A DNA stretch of 64,000 nucleotides, taken from NCBI GenBank assembly GCA_046350755.1, contig JAXLZV010000001.1, forward strand, positions 75,510 through 139,509. The letters run 5' to 3'. The notes under the pieces are model-generated. The model had not been told where the DNA came from. It was given only the letters and a program-made list of their open reading frames with translations, and made no database searches. This DNA comes from Candidatus Saccharimonadota bacterium (GTDB lineage: Bacteria > Patescibacteriota > Saccharimonadia > CAILAD01 > GCA-016700035). Each line of letters opens with the position of its first letter. The first letter of the stretch is position 1. Made by a program: the position numbers and the translations under genes. Below, piece by piece: positions 19,142 to 30,098 of this stretch.

Positions 19142-20830
19142 ATGAGCGAAAAAGAATCAAAATTTGATCGTGACGTAACCAACATTCGCCAGGAGCACGA
19201 GTATATGAGCGGCGGCTTAGAGCTCGCGCGTAGCTTACAGGAAATTGGCGACCGCGGTCGTGAGGGCATACTCGAGCGCACCGAGCGCCGACGAGAAGCA
19301 ATTCGAGCACTTGATTTAACAGATGAAGAAAAAGCTCAGCATTTAGATACGATGACAGATGAAGTAATCATGCCTGAGCTTTCAAGCCAGCAGCAAAAAG
19401 ATGATTCATTCGTGCGTGAACGCCAAATTGATTACGACAAAAATATCGAGCGCTCGAGTAGGCATTACGAAAAGCATAAACAAGAATATTTGGATGCAGC
19501 ACTACGCGATGCGACAGAAGCTGGCGTTCCGGTGAGCTCATCTGAGGCCAATAATCTTGCCGAAATTCACGATCCACAATCGATATACCCGGGCTTAACC
19601 GAAGATGAGCTGGCGCACCTTCAGCACCTAGACGAAACCCTTGGGACGAGCTACGTGAAATCACTTTTACGCATGAGTGAACATCATTACATCGGTATTA
19701 CAACTCCAGAATCTGTGGAGATGTTACCAGAATTCTTACGCATAATAGAGGTTAATGCCCAAATTCGTAGGGCTATGCTAGAAAAGCACCCAGCTAAAAA
19801 ATTTTATGAACGGCCTGGCGAATATCAGCACGAACTAAATCTAGAAGATGTGCCTTTGTTGTCTGAAAGACTAAAAGAACTCGGGCTTAACGACGAACAG
19901 CAGGCGGCAATATTTTCTTCGTGGGCTAGCTATCAGCCAATTCCCCTGGTGCTCGACGAAAGCAAACACAAGGCAATCCGCGGCGATGATGCCGAACGCA
20001 TTGCTGCAAGTATGGCAAATTATTTGTGTAGCGAACTAGGAGATTTGACAGAATTTGTCGAACTATACGGCCCTGAAGAAACGGCAGAGATTATTAATAC
20101 CTTTGGCATTCATCATTTTGGACGTTATGAACCAGAGCAGCTCCATTATCAACTCATTAACTGGCATGACCCTGGCTTGGTGAACCCCATGAGAAACATT
20201 ATCATCTCTCCGCACGACGACTGGAATGCGGCAATGGGCGGAACCGGAAAGGCGGTTGGGGCCGAACTAGCCCGAGAGAACACGGTCTTTTTTGAGGCCG
20301 GTAGTGCAACTGAAATAGCTCGGCATATAGTCGCGGTCGGAAACAGAGAGCGTCGCGCGAAAAGAGATCCGGAGCAGTTTAATTTGGTTGAAAATGTCAT
20401 CATCACTGGACATGGAACACCAGAGAAAATTGTACTTGGTCCCGAAGAGACGGGGATTAGTCTTGATATGTACGCGGCGGCGGAAGAGGGGCGCGAGAAG
20501 GTTAATGGCAAAATAAACACGTATCGGCGTCATTTAGGATCTAAGTTTCAGGTAATTCTTGATTCCTGCTCGACGGCAGGGGCGACTTTACGTGGAGGTA
20601 ATATAGCAACCGAAATTAGCGACAGTCATGACGCTTTGGTGCATGCTAGCCCGGCTACGGTATATGGTGCAAGTAAACAAATTGAAAACGGGGAAGTAGT
20701 GTACCGCATTTCACCGAAAAATGCCTGGGTTACGGCTGCACGCTATGATGGCCGGCATGGTGATGGTGTAACTGAATCTTCACCTTTTCGCACGCGACTG
20801 GTTCGTTGGGCTCATTTTTTAATGCAATAG
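19142..20830 (+). CDS. Large acidic hypothetical protein with a C-terminal caspase-fold-like His/Cys motif pair
   Basis: 562-aa ORF; VIITGHG and VILDSCST motifs. Confidence 0.6.
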   Translation: MSEKESKFDRDVTNIRQEHEYMSGGLELARSLQEIGDRGREGILERTERRREAIRALDLTDEEKAQHLDTMTDEVIMPELSSQQQKDDSFVRERQIDYDKNIERSSRHYEKHKQEYLDAALRDATEAGVPVSSSEANNLAEIHDPQSIYPGLTEDELAHLQHLDETLGTSYVKSLLRMSEHHYIGITTPESVEMLPEFLRIIEVNAQIRRAMLEKHPAKKFYERPGEYQHELNLEDVPLLSERLKELGLNDEQQAAIFSSWASYQPIPLVLDESKHKAIRGDDAERIAASMANYLCSELGDLTEFVELYGPEETAEIINTFGIHHFGRYEPEQLHYQLINWHDPGLVNPMRNIIISPHDDWNAAMGGTGKAVGAELARENTVFFEAGSATEIARHIVAVGNRERRAKRDPEQFNLVENVIITGHGTPEKIVLGPEETGISLDMYAAAEEGREKVNGKINTYRRHLGSKFQVILDSCSTAGATLRGGNIATEISDSHDALVHASPATVYGASKQIENGEVVYRISPKNAWVTAARYDGRHGDGVTESSPFRTRLVRWAHFLMQ

Positions 20831-20901
20831 CAGCGTGAAAAACTTCACAGCCGAGACTCAGCTAGGGAAGCTATATTGGTGCATATAACGAAAGGTATAG
20901 C

Positions 20902-21195
20902 TTGAAAAAGATTCTGCTCGTCTCTCAACTTGCGAAATATTTTGGTAAAAACAGCCCTCAGCTGAAGAAGCTGGGCGTGGTGGCCGGCATCGTGGTGGCC
21001 GCGCTATTCGGCCTGGGCACAATCCTCATCGTCGGGATTATCGCTCTGCTGTTTGAGCTGTTTTCCAATACTAATATTTCACTCGACATCAACCAGCTCG
21101 TTGGGCAATTCAGTGCCTGGATAAGTGGGCTATTTGGCGTCGGTCAAGAAGCACTCGAAAAAGCGCCAGTGCAAATCGAAGTCAACCAGCAGTAG
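20902..21195 (+). CDS. Small membrane protein, hypothetical
   Basis: Long hydrophobic segment; TTG start after AAAGG. Confidence 0.55.
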   Translation: MKKILLVSQLAKYFGKNSPQLKKLGVVAGIVVAALFGLGTILIVGIIALLFELFSNTNISLDINQLVGQFSAWISGLFGVGQEALEKAPVQIEVNQQ

Positions 21196-21254
21196 ACCCG
21201 ATAGCTCCTAGCCAGTCGACAGCGGGTGTACAATGGCGTAAACAGGAGAAAGCT

Positions 21255-21626
21255 ATGTTAAATCTGAATTCAATCATGCTCGGCAGCGAAAATCCCAAAG
21301 CGCTAGCCGACTTTTACGGGCAATTACTCGAAAAAGACAAGCCGGACATGGAGGATGGCTCATTTACCGGCTATCTAGCCGGCAACTGCTTCATCTCGAT
21401 CGGCCAACACGATGCGGTGAAGGGCAAGAGTCAGAACCCCGAGCGAATCATCTACTTCTTCGAGACCAGTGACGTGAAGGGCGAGTTCGCGCGCATCTGT
21501 AAGATCGCTGGCGCCACTGTCGTGAAAGCACCCTACAGCCCCGACCCGAATGGTAAATTTATGCTCGCCACCCTAGCTGACCCAGATGGGAACTACTTCC
21601 AGTTGGCTTCTCCCTGGGATCAATAA
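21255..21626 (+). CDS. VOC/glyoxalase family protein
   Basis: ADFYGQLL...ADPDGNYFQL; AGGAG RBS. Confidence 0.88.
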   Translation: MLNLNSIMLGSENPKALADFYGQLLEKDKPDMEDGSFTGYLAGNCFISIGQHDAVKGKSQNPERIIYFFETSDVKGEFARICKIAGATVVKAPYSPDPNGKFMLATLADPDGNYFQLASPWDQ

Positions 21627-21643
21627 ATCATCAGCGCAGCCTG

Positions 21644-21670
21644 CAATCTCCGAGCCAACCTCGGAGATTG
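21644..21670. terminator. Hairpin between convergent genes
   Basis: AATCTCCGAG-CCAAC-CTCGGAGATT. Confidence 0.55.
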
Positions 21671-21672
21671 CT

Positions 21673-22557
21673 TTATCCGACGGTAGTGTTTTTCGCGCTG
21701 CAGGCAGCACACTTGGTTTGAGCCGCGCAGGCATCACAGACCAGCACCAGCTTATTGCACTCCACATTCTCACAATTAATAAACCGACTAGTCTTACCGC
21801 CGCAGTGCACACACTCACCGATATCGACTGACTTGTCGCTAAAACGCTGGGTCATCCGGCCATCAAATATGTAGAGAGCGCCCTCCCAGAGTCCGTCGTC
21901 GCCGTACTGCTCACCGTACTTCACGACCCCGCCATCGACCTGATAGACTTCCTTGAAGCCACGATTTTTCATCAGCGCACTGAGCGCCTCACAACGCACG
22001 CCACCAGTACAGTAGGTGACCACCGGCTTGTCTTTGATGTCATCATACTTATCGCTCTCGATCTCGGTCAGAAAATCATGCGTTGTGCGGGTATCGGGCA
22101 CCACGGCATTCTTAAACCGACCAACCTTCGCCTCGTAGGCATTCCGGCCATCGAAGAAAACGACTTCGTCACCGCGCGTCGCCACCAGCTCATGGAGCTG
22201 CTCCGGTTTGAGGTGCTTACCGCCACCGACCACGCCGTGCTGGTCGACTTTGATCTCATCCGGCGCACCAAAGGCCACCAGCTCGGGCCGCACCTTCACA
22301 CTCAGACGGGGGAACTCTTCGCCACTGCCATCGCTCCATTTGTAGACGATGTCCTTAAAGACCACCGAGCGATTCATCTCGCGCTTATACTCGCGAACAT
22401 TTTCGATGTCGCCACCGAGTGTACCGTTGATGCCATGCGAGCTGATGATAATCCGCCCCTTCAGCTCAAGCCGCCGACACAGCTCACGCTGCCAGCGCAT
22501 CGTCATGACTGGATCGGCAACCGGCACAAATTTGTAGTAGAGAATAACTTTTTTCAT
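21673..22557 (-). CDS. trhO: tRNA uridine(34) hydroxylase, rhodanese-related (UPF0176/YceA)
   Basis: [29 protein letters not shown]-terminal Cys cluster. Confidence 0.88.
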   Translation of the reverse strand: MKKVILYYKFVPVADPVMTMRWQRELCRRLELKGRIIISSHGINGTLGGDIENVREYKREMNRSVVFKDIVYKWSDGSGEEFPRLSVKVRPELVAFGAPDEIKVDQHGVVGGGKHLKPEQLHELVATRGDEVVFFDGRNAYEAKVGRFKNAVVPDTRTTHDFLTEIESDKYDDIKDKPVVTYCTGGVRCEALSALMKNRGFKEVYQVDGGVVKYGEQYGDDGLWEGALYIFDGRMTQRFSDKSVDIGECVHCGGKTSRFINCENVECNKLVLVCDACAAQTKCAACSAKNTTVG

Positions 22558-22575
22558 AGCAATAAATACTCGTAC

Positions 22576-23214
22576 TTACTCGACGTCGGTCATTTCGCGT
22601 AACTTCTCGAGATTAATCTCAAAGCAGCTTTTATTGGTTTTGAGCACGCCCTTGCGGGAGAGGTGGCGCACCTGCACCGTCATCGTCTCGCGGGTCGTGC
22701 CGACCATACTCGCTAGCTGCACATGCGAGAGCGGGAAGGGGAGAGTGACGATACCATCGCGCACCTCCTGGCCAAATCGCTCGACTAACAGCGCGAGGTA
22801 ATTGACGAGCTTGATGTCGGCCTTGGCCTGCAGAATATTATCGAGCGTCTGAGACAATTCATCATTCCAGGTGAGCACGTAGCGCACGAGGCCAAACAGT
22901 GCAGCTGGATTTTTCTCAATCTGCTTCTCCAGCTGATCAGCCGGCATACTCCGTAAAGAACCATCCGTCATCGCCTCATAGTAATACCGATGCGTGGTGT
23001 CGCTAAAAAACGCGGCTTGGAGATTCATAACGTCACCGGGGCCCAGGATCGAAATCAGCTTCTCATCACCATCATCGGCGATGGTGTAGGCCTTCACAAA
23101 ACCATCGGTAATATAGGAGACCTCACCACCAGTTTCACCCTGGTGGAGAATCACAGCCCCCTTCTTGAAAGTCTGCTGGTCCTCTTGAAGAAAAAAAGCT
23201 CGGAGGTGTTTCAT
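22576..23214 (-). CDS. Crp/Fnr family transcriptional regulator
   Basis: cNMP-binding fold followed by HTH LASMVGTTRETM. Confidence 0.9.
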   Translation of the reverse strand: MKHLRAFFLQEDQQTFKKGAVILHQGETGGEVSYITDGFVKAYTIADDGDEKLISILGPGDVMNLQAAFFSDTTHRYYYEAMTDGSLRSMPADQLEKQIEKNPAALFGLVRYVLTWNDELSQTLDNILQAKADIKLVNYLALLVERFGQEVRDGIVTLPFPLSHVQLASMVGTTRETMTVQVRHLSRKGVLKTNKSCFEINLEKLREMTDVE

Positions 23215-23271
23215 GGCTATATTATAGCAGCGGCTAGCCCAAAGCGAAAAAACACCGTACAATAAAAATCT

Positions 23272-25056
23272 ATGCGCGACATACTCAAAATCATGCGATT
23301 TTCATCGTCGCTCAAACGTTACTACATCGCGATCTCCGCCTTTGTGGTGATTTTGGCGTTACTCAATCTCGTCAATCCATTCCTGACCAAGTGGCTAGTT
23401 GACTTGATCTCGTCATCTTCCAACGGCCAGGCCATACCATTTACCGACGCCATCGTGCCGCTGCTGCTGCTACTGGTAGCTGGCGTAACGATTGCCTTAC
23501 TTTCAAATATCAATGGCTATCTTGGTGATAGGATGGCGGTCAAACTCAATACTTTGCTATCAACGCGCTACTATGACCATCTCATGAACTTGCCGATCGA
23601 ATACTATGACTCCGAGCAGACCGGGAAGATTACAGCTCGACTCGAGCGGTCGATCGCCAGCCTGTCGCAGCTGATGAACGCCCTGGCTAATAACTTTATT
23701 CAGTTCTTCCTGACGACCTTCATTACGCTGATTGCGATCGCCATATACTCCTGGCCGGTAGCACTGCTGCTGACGATCATCTTTCCGACGTATATCTGGA
23801 TAACGCATCTTTCGAGTGAGGCTTGGCAAAAAAAACAGGGCGAGATCAACCAAAACCTCGATAAGGCAAATGGTCGTTTTGTTGAGTCGATCGGGCAAAT
23901 ACGCGTCGTCAAATCATTCGTGCGCGAGCTCGGTGAAGTCGCTAGCTTTCGACGGCGACGCAGCAAGATCGAGGAGGTCTCGCGTAGCCAATCAATCCAG
24001 TGGCACAGCTACGACACTGCCCGGCGACTCGTCCTCGGCGTTGTCTTCTTCGCGATCTTCGCCATCATCGTCTGGCAGGCCTTGCAGGGTAAATACTCGG
24101 TTGGTACGGCGGTTCTGCTTATCACTCTAGCTAACCAAGCCCAATTCCCACTGTTTGGCTCGAGCTTCATCATTGAAGGGATCCAGCGCGCGCAGTCAGA
24201 TAGTAAAGATTACTTCGAGATCATGGAAAAGAAACCGACGATCGTCGACGCCCCAAAGGCCGGCAAGCTCAAGGTCGATGGCGGGAATGTGAGCTTCAAG
24301 GACGTAGTCTTCAGCTACGATAAGGGCAATACGGTCCTCAATAAAGTAAGCTTTGATATCCCAGCACATAGTAAAGTAGCGCTCGTCGGTGAGAGCGGTG
24401 AAGGAAAGTCGACCATCGCCAACTTGATCGTGCGTTTCTATGAGGCCAAAGCCGGCGAGATCACGATCGATGGCACACCTATCTCGACCGTCACCCAAGC
24501 CAGCTTGCGCCAGCAAGTCGGCATCGTCTTCCAGGACCCGTCACTTTTCTCAGGCACCATCGAGGAAAACATTGCTTATGGCCTGGAACGTAAATACACT
24601 CAAGCCGAGCTCGAAACCGCTGCCAAGATGGCAAACGCGGCGGATTTTATTGCCAAGTTACCGAAAAGCTACAAAACTGAAGTGGGCGAGCGGGGAGTGA
24701 AACTCTCGGGCGGACAGAAGCAGCGCATCATCATCGCCCGCGCCCTTCTCAAGAATCCACCGATCCTAATTCTCGACGAGGCTACCAGCTCACTGGACGC
24801 CAAAGCTGAAGCCCAGGTCCAACAAGCACTCGAGCGCCTGATGGAAAACCGTACCACCATCATCATCGCCCATCGCTTGAGCACGATTTCACACGTAGAC
24901 CTGATCATTGGTTTGCGAGGCGGCAAGATCGCTGAGCAAGGCTCACCGCGTCAGCTAGCAAACAAGAAAGATGGTATTTACGCTGAGCTCCTCGAGCTGC
25001 AGACGGCCAGCACGAAAGATCTGAAGAAGCTCAAGAAGTTTGATATTGCGGCCTGA
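23272..25056 (+). CDS. ABC exporter, fused permease/ATPase (MsbA/MdlB-like)
   Basis: 6 TM; GESGEGKST, LSGGQKQR, ILDEATS, AHRL. Confidence 0.93.
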   Translation: MRDILKIMRFSSSLKRYYIAISAFVVILALLNLVNPFLTKWLVDLISSSSNGQAIPFTDAIVPLLLLLVAGVTIALLSNINGYLGDRMAVKLNTLLSTRYYDHLMNLPIEYYDSEQTGKITARLERSIASLSQLMNALANNFIQFFLTTFITLIAIAIYSWPVALLLTIIFPTYIWITHLSSEAWQKKQGEINQNLDKANGRFVESIGQIRVVKSFVRELGEVASFRRRRSKIEEVSRSQSIQWHSYDTARRLVLGVVFFAIFAIIVWQALQGKYSVGTAVLLITLANQAQFPLFGSSFIIEGIQRAQSDSKDYFEIMEKKPTIVDAPKAGKLKVDGGNVSFKDVVFSYDKGNTVLNKVSFDIPAHSKVALVGESGEGKSTIANLIVRFYEAKAGEITIDGTPISTVTQASLRQQVGIVFQDPSLFSGTIEENIAYGLERKYTQAELETAAKMANAADFIAKLPKSYKTEVGERGVKLSGGQKQRIIIARALLKNPPILILDEATSSLDAKAEAQVQQALERLMENRTTIIIAHRLSTISHVDLIIGLRGGKIAEQGSPRQLANKKDGIYAELLELQTASTKDLKKLKKFDIAA

Positions 25057-25103
25057 GCGAGTACAATACACCTAGAATTAGTAAAGTTTTGAGGAGTTCT
25101 CAT

Positions 25104-25607
25104 ATGCCAGAAGAAAAGGCACACCCAACGCACACCAAAAAAGAAACTGGACTGATTGGTATGCTCGAACCATATTTCACCAAACAAGCCCCCTGGCAAA
25201 TGCCCGAGGAGTGGCGCAAAAATCTCGTCAATTGGATTCCGTGGATTAATCTCGTCATTGGTATTCTCTTCCTGCCGCTGGCGCTTGCCGCTATTGGCCT
25301 CGCAGGATTTGTTAGTGTTGCTCTCAACACCACTGGCTATAACGCCAGCCCACTGATCATGTTCTCAGGCGTCATATTGCTCGTTTCGGTTGCCCTGCTG
25401 ATTTTTACCTTCCCAGGCATGAAAGCTCGCAAGCTGAGCACCTGGAAGATTATCTTCTGGGCTGACATCATTTACTTCGCTTACGGCATCGTCAATGCGA
25501 TTGGCTATGGTATTTCCGGAGGAGTCATCATGAATATCATCTGGTCGGTAATCGGTACCGCCATTGGCTTGTACGTGCTCTTCCAGATCAAGCACTACTA
25601 CAAATAG
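25104..25607 (+). CDS. Integral membrane protein, hypothetical
   Basis: Four TM segments; GAGGAG RBS. Confidence 0.7.
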   Translation: MPEEKAHPTHTKKETGLIGMLEPYFTKQAPWQMPEEWRKNLVNWIPWINLVIGILFLPLALAAIGLAGFVSVALNTTGYNASPLIMFSGVILLVSVALLIFTFPGMKARKLSTWKIIFWADIIYFAYGIVNAIGYGISGGVIMNIIWSVIGTAIGLYVLFQIKHYYK

Positions 25608-25622
25608 CTTGCCCTTGAATCC

Positions 25623-25662
25623 TCAAACGCTCCGGCATCTCGTGACGTCCGGAGCGTTTTGA
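25623..25662 (+). terminator. Intrinsic terminator
   Basis: AAACGCTCCGG...CCGGAGCGTTTT. Confidence 0.6.
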
Positions 25663-25679
25663 TGTAGAATGTCTCGGTT

Positions 25680-26741
25680 ATGAAGAAAGTACTCACCACC
25701 CATCACGGCCAGGTCCAGCTGCCGGCCTTCTTCCCGGATGCGACACGGGCGACGATCAAGTCGGTCGACACGCAAGCCGTACTCGCCACACACACGCCCG
25801 GTATGGTGATGAATACCTATCACTTAGCAAACCTCGGCCTGGTCGACATTATCGCCGAGCAGGGGGGTCTGCATGCCTTCACCGGCTGGACGCGACCGAT
25901 CATCACTGACTCCGGTGGCTTCCAGGCCATGAGCCTGGTACGAGAATTCAACACTGGCGGGAAATTCACCGAAGACGGCGTGATCTTTCAGGATGCAGCT
26001 GGCAATAAGCTTGAGCTGACGCCCGAATCTTGCATCGACTACCAGCTCAAGCTCGGCAGCGATATCATCATGATCCTCGACGACTGCACGAAGCCGGACA
26101 TGCCGCTGGCGGAGCAGCTCAAAAGTGTCGAGCGGACGGTCCGTTGGGCGAAGCGGGCTCGAGTCCACTTTGATAAAGTCACGCAAGGCCTCGAGAAAAA
26201 ACCATTAATCTTCGGCATCGTGCAAGGCGGGGCCGATCGGGAACTACGTCGCAAATGCGCCAGTGAGCTCGCCAAGCTCAAGTTCGACGGCTATGCGTAT
26301 GGTGGTTTTCCCATCAACGAACAAAACGAGCTCCAAGTCGAGACGCTGCAAGCGGTCGTTGATGATACGCCCGCTGAAGCTATCAAATACGCCATGGGCG
26401 TCGGCACACCGGATCAGATAGTAAAATGTGTGGCTATGGGCTACGACCTCTTCGACGTCGTCATCCCAACGCGGGAAGCCCGTCATCGCAAGCTCTATGT
26501 CTGGAAGGGTGAGCCGAGCCAGCTCGATCTAGCTAGCGATTTCTACGAGACCATTACGATGAAGAACCGGGCACTGCAGGCGGATTCGAGCCCGATCGAT
26601 CCACACTGTGATTGTCATACGTGCACTCACTACTCACGGGCGTATATACATGCACTCTTTCGGGCTGACCAGGCAACGGCCCAACAACTGGCATCTATCC
26701 ATAATTTACGGTTTTATTCGCGACTGATGGAGATAGTATAG
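25680..26741 (+). CDS. tgt: tRNA-guanine transglycosylase
   Basis: NTYHL, TDSGGFQ, GIVQGG, MGVG, CDCHTC...HNL zinc site. Confidence 0.93.
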   Translation: MKKVLTTHHGQVQLPAFFPDATRATIKSVDTQAVLATHTPGMVMNTYHLANLGLVDIIAEQGGLHAFTGWTRPIITDSGGFQAMSLVREFNTGGKFTEDGVIFQDAAGNKLELTPESCIDYQLKLGSDIIMILDDCTKPDMPLAEQLKSVERTVRWAKRARVHFDKVTQGLEKKPLIFGIVQGGADRELRRKCASELAKLKFDGYAYGGFPINEQNELQVETLQAVVDDTPAEAIKYAMGVGTPDQIVKCVAMGYDLFDVVIPTREARHRKLYVWKGEPSQLDLASDFYETITMKNRALQADSSPIDPHCDCHTCTHYSRAYIHALFRADQATAQQLASIHNLRFYSRLMEIV

Positions 26742-26760
26742 CGGTAGAGCTAGAGGCTAG

Positions 26761-27786
26761 TTATCCCTCCCATTTCTGGGGGAGACGCAGATCTATACCC
26801 TCGAGTTCTGACTCAGGCTCGGGGTCAACGCAATTACGAAAATCTGACTCAAGTTTCTTCACATCAAAATCCGTACCGATGAATACCATACGGGTCAGGT
26901 GCTTTTCGTCCTTCGTCCAATTATCCCAATACAGCTCGGAACGGGTACCGACGAGCTGAAAGACGTACTTGCGCGCATGCCCCTTCGTACCCAGATCAAT
27001 GAAGCCCTTCGCGCGATAGACAGTCTTTGGTATCTGACTATTCACAAACTCCTGAAACTTCATTGGATGGAGCGGTTCACTAACCTCGATCGAGACGTGC
27101 TTGAAGCTGTCATGTAGATGAGTGTGGTTATGATCATCATGATCGTGATGCTTATCTGGCTCGTCGTCCCAAATCCGATCAGGATCCGACAGTAATCGAA
27201 TATCGACGTCGGCCTTGACCGCTTCAAAAATTCGCGCCCGGGAATTGGTCATCTCGACAAGCTGACGAATCTCACGAATGCGCTCCGTTTTCACAATGTC
27301 TGTCTTATTAATAATCACAAAGTCCGTAAACTCTATTTGATCGGCAGCGTTGGCGTGCTTCTTGGCGTTTTCCAGCACATGCTCGGCATCAATGAGTGTG
27401 ACAATCGCATCAAGTCGTACGCCGATACCAATCATGTCGCGGAGATTGAGAGCCAAATCCCGCGGCTCGGCCAGGCCGGAGGCCTCAATAACGATCAGGT
27501 CAATATCGCTACCGACATAGGCGAATTGGGCAATCGCTTCTTGTACATCCAGAGTCTCCAGCGAGCAGCAGATACAACCATTGGAAAGCTCCAGCTTCTG
27601 GTCGGTCTTGCCAGCCACGAGCTCAGAGTCGATATTGATCGCGCCGAAGTCATTAACGACCACGCCTATCTTGAGCCCATGCGGCTCGCGCAGTAAATGA
27701 TTGACGAAGGTCGTCTTACCGCTGCCGAGAAAACCCGTAACGGCGAGAATGGGGGTTTTCTTCGTGGCTTTTTTGGCTATGCTCAT
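26761..27786 (-). CDS. CobW/COG0523 family metal-chaperone GTPase
   Basis: GFLGSGKT, NGCICC, EASG, NKTD, His-rich linker. Confidence 0.92.
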   Translation of the reverse strand: MSIAKKATKKTPILAVTGFLGSGKTTFVNHLLREPHGLKIGVVVNDFGAINIDSELVAGKTDQKLELSNGCICCSLETLDVQEAIAQFAYVGSDIDLIVIEASGLAEPRDLALNLRDMIGIGVRLDAIVTLIDAEHVLENAKKHANAADQIEFTDFVIINKTDIVKTERIREIRQLVEMTNSRARIFEAVKADVDIRLLSDPDRIWDDEPDKHHDHDDHNHTHLHDSFKHVSIEVSEPLHPMKFQEFVNSQIPKTVYRAKGFIDLGTKGHARKYVFQLVGTRSELYWDNWTKDEKHLTRMVFIGTDFDVKKLESDFRNCVDPEPESELEGIDLRLPQKWEG

Positions 27787-27819
27787 ATCTGATTCCTATC
27801 TTGCTTATGCTACAATTGT

Positions 27820-29538
27820 ATGGTAATGGCTGATACCACCCCTCCAACTCAAGCGCCAAAGCCGGCTCAAAACATAACTCGGACATATGTCGATGAGCAA
27901 ACGTTCCGGGGGTTGGTACGGATCAGCTCGGCGATTGAAATAATCGGTATCGGTGCAGCGATTGGATTACAATTTCTCAATCCATCGCTCCAACTTCCTC
28001 CCAACTATTCTATCCCAGCCGTCGTCATTCTGGCGATAGGACTCGTCTATAATGTCTTCATTTGGCAAAAGTGGCACGATAAGCGCCCTCATCTGGCCCT
28101 ACAAATCGCCGTCATTCCGATTGTGTTAGCTATCCAGATCGCCGCCGTCGGTACCGGCGGCCTGACTTCTGACTGGTACCTAGTTTGGCTCGTGGCGATC
28201 GTCTGTAGCGGTATCGCCGGAACTATCTCGGTCTATGTTGCGACCTTATTCACGGCTACCTTTTGGATATATGCAGCTATCATCCAGCCGAATGGCTATG
28301 CTCCACAAGACCACCCACTCCAACTATTGGCGACCGTTTGCGCCGTAGCTGGAGCCTACGTCATCGGTCGCATAGTCAACCGCACGGTCAAAACCATGCA
28401 AGTAGCCGAATCCTTGACGAATCAGCTTGATAGTGCCGAAACCAAGCAGCAGCTGATGATGGGGGCGATCGCCGATGCGGTGGTGGCGGTTGATACCGAT
28501 CGCAAGGTAGTTATCTTCAACGAAGCAGCGCAGGCTTTAACTGGCTGGGATAGTAAGTCGGCAGTTGGCGTGGATTATAATCTGATCTTTAAACTCAAAG
28601 ATCAAAATGACGCTGAGCTGACTCCGGATACTGACCCATTCATCCAGGCAATCAAAGCTGGCGAGCCCCTGGTAACTAATCACTTCTTCATGCTCAATCA
28701 TGACAATCAAAAAGTCTCATTTTCAATCTCGATCGCACCGACATTTGATAATAAGCAGCAGGTAAATGGAGCGATCGCAGTCTTCCACGATATCTCCGAC
28801 CAGAAGTCGTTAGCTCGTGAGCGCAATGAGTTCATTTCAACTGCCTCACACGAAATGCGCACGCCGGTGGCAGCCATCGAGGGCTACCTCTCAATGGCGA
28901 TGAATCCGACGCTGGCCACCATCGATGACCGTGCCAAGACGTTCATCAGCAAGGCACACGATGCGAGCTTGCATCTCGGCAAACTATTCAAAGACCTGCT
29001 CTCCGTTACCAAGATCGAAGACGGTCGAATTATCATTAATCGCCGACGTTTTAACCTCACTGAACTCGTCAATCAAATCGTCGGCGAAATGGAAATCGTA
29101 TCCCGTCAGAAGAATATTAAGATCCTCACTCATTTCGGCGGCGGTGGCTTCGGCAAAGCTCTGGTGGTAGCGCCAACCTTTACCGTCGATGCCGATCCTG
29201 ATCGGATTCGTGAAGTAATCGCCAACCTGCTCGACAATGCTATTAAATACTCAAAGGAGGGCACTATCGACGTCACCTTGAAGGCCGACAAACACTTTGT
29301 GACGTTCTCGGTAGCTGACACTGGCATCGGCATATCTCCAGAAGATCAAAAGCACTTGTTTCAAAAGTTCTATCGTGTCAATAACAGCTTTACGCGAGAA
29401 ATCGGTGGCACAGGGCTCGGTCTCTACATCGCCCGCAGCCTGGTCGAACGATTTGGTGGTAAAATCTGGGTAGAGGCCGCAGAAGGCAGGGGGAGTACAT
29501 TTTCGTTCAGCCTGCCAATCGATACCACGAATTCGTGA
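27820..29538 (+). CDS. Membrane PAS sensor histidine kinase
   Basis: TM region, PAS domain, ASHEMRTP H-box, NLLDNAIKY, DTGIG, GTGLGL. Confidence 0.93.
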   Translation: MVMADTTPPTQAPKPAQNITRTYVDEQTFRGLVRISSAIEIIGIGAAIGLQFLNPSLQLPPNYSIPAVVILAIGLVYNVFIWQKWHDKRPHLALQIAVIPIVLAIQIAAVGTGGLTSDWYLVWLVAIVCSGIAGTISVYVATLFTATFWIYAAIIQPNGYAPQDHPLQLLATVCAVAGAYVIGRIVNRTVKTMQVAESLTNQLDSAETKQQLMMGAIADAVVAVDTDRKVVIFNEAAQALTGWDSKSAVGVDYNLIFKLKDQNDAELTPDTDPFIQAIKAGEPLVTNHFFMLNHDNQKVSFSISIAPTFDNKQQVNGAIAVFHDISDQKSLARERNEFISTASHEMRTPVAAIEGYLSMAMNPTLATIDDRAKTFISKAHDASLHLGKLFKDLLSVTKIEDGRIIINRRRFNLTELVNQIVGEMEIVSRQKNIKILTHFGGGGFGKALVVAPTFTVDADPDRIREVIANLLDNAIKYSKEGTIDVTLKADKHFVTFSVADTGIGISPEDQKHLFQKFYRVNNSFTREIGGTGLGLYIARSLVERFGGKIWVEAAEGRGSTFSFSLPIDTTNS

Positions 29539-29621
29539 GCTAGCTCAGGTTGGGCTTGCCGAGCGACTCCGAACCAGGCTAGAATAAGCACAAGCAATTA
29601 CTTTAGGAGTCAAACCATACT

Positions 29622-30059
29622 ATGACAAAAGTTCTCCTCGTCGAAGACGACGTCAATCTGCGCGATATCTATTACGCGCGTTTCCAGGCGGAAAACTATG
29701 AGCTCTCCGTCGCCTCAAATGGCGAAGAAGCGCTAGCCACCGCAGTCAAAGAAAAACCCGACCTCATCATCCTCGATGTGATGATGCCTCGGATTTCTGG
29801 CTTTGACGTACTCGACATCCTCCGCTCCACACCCGAAACCGCCCACACCAAAGTCATCATGATGACAGCCCTGTCTGAGCAAAGCGATAAGGATCGCGGT
29901 AAAGCCCTGGGCGTCGATGAGTATCTCGTCAAAAGTCAGGTGACACTTGAAAATGTTGTCGAAACTGCCAAGCGTGTGCTCGGCGCTCCAACTCCCAAGG
30001 CTGCACCAAGTGCTGAAGCCACTGCCGCTCCGGCCAAGCCAAGCGAAGAAACCAAGTAG
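29622..30059 (+). CDS. Single-domain response regulator with Ala/Pro tail
   Basis: LLVEDD, ILDVMMP, MTA, YLVK; no output domain. Confidence 0.92.
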   Translation: MTKVLLVEDDVNLRDIYYARFQAENYELSVASNGEEALATAVKEKPDLIILDVMMPRISGFDVLDILRSTPETAHTKVIMMTALSEQSDKDRGKALGVDEYLVKSQVTLENVVETAKRVLGAPTPKAAPSAEATAAPAKPSEETK

Positions 30060-30098
30060 CGCTCGCACCAGATAGACTCATCTGGTAAAATATGACTA

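Noticed and set aside
12813-21200. Integrated prophage or ICE at tRNA-Glu
   Set aside because: No integrase, phage genes or duplicated tRNA 3' end found by eye
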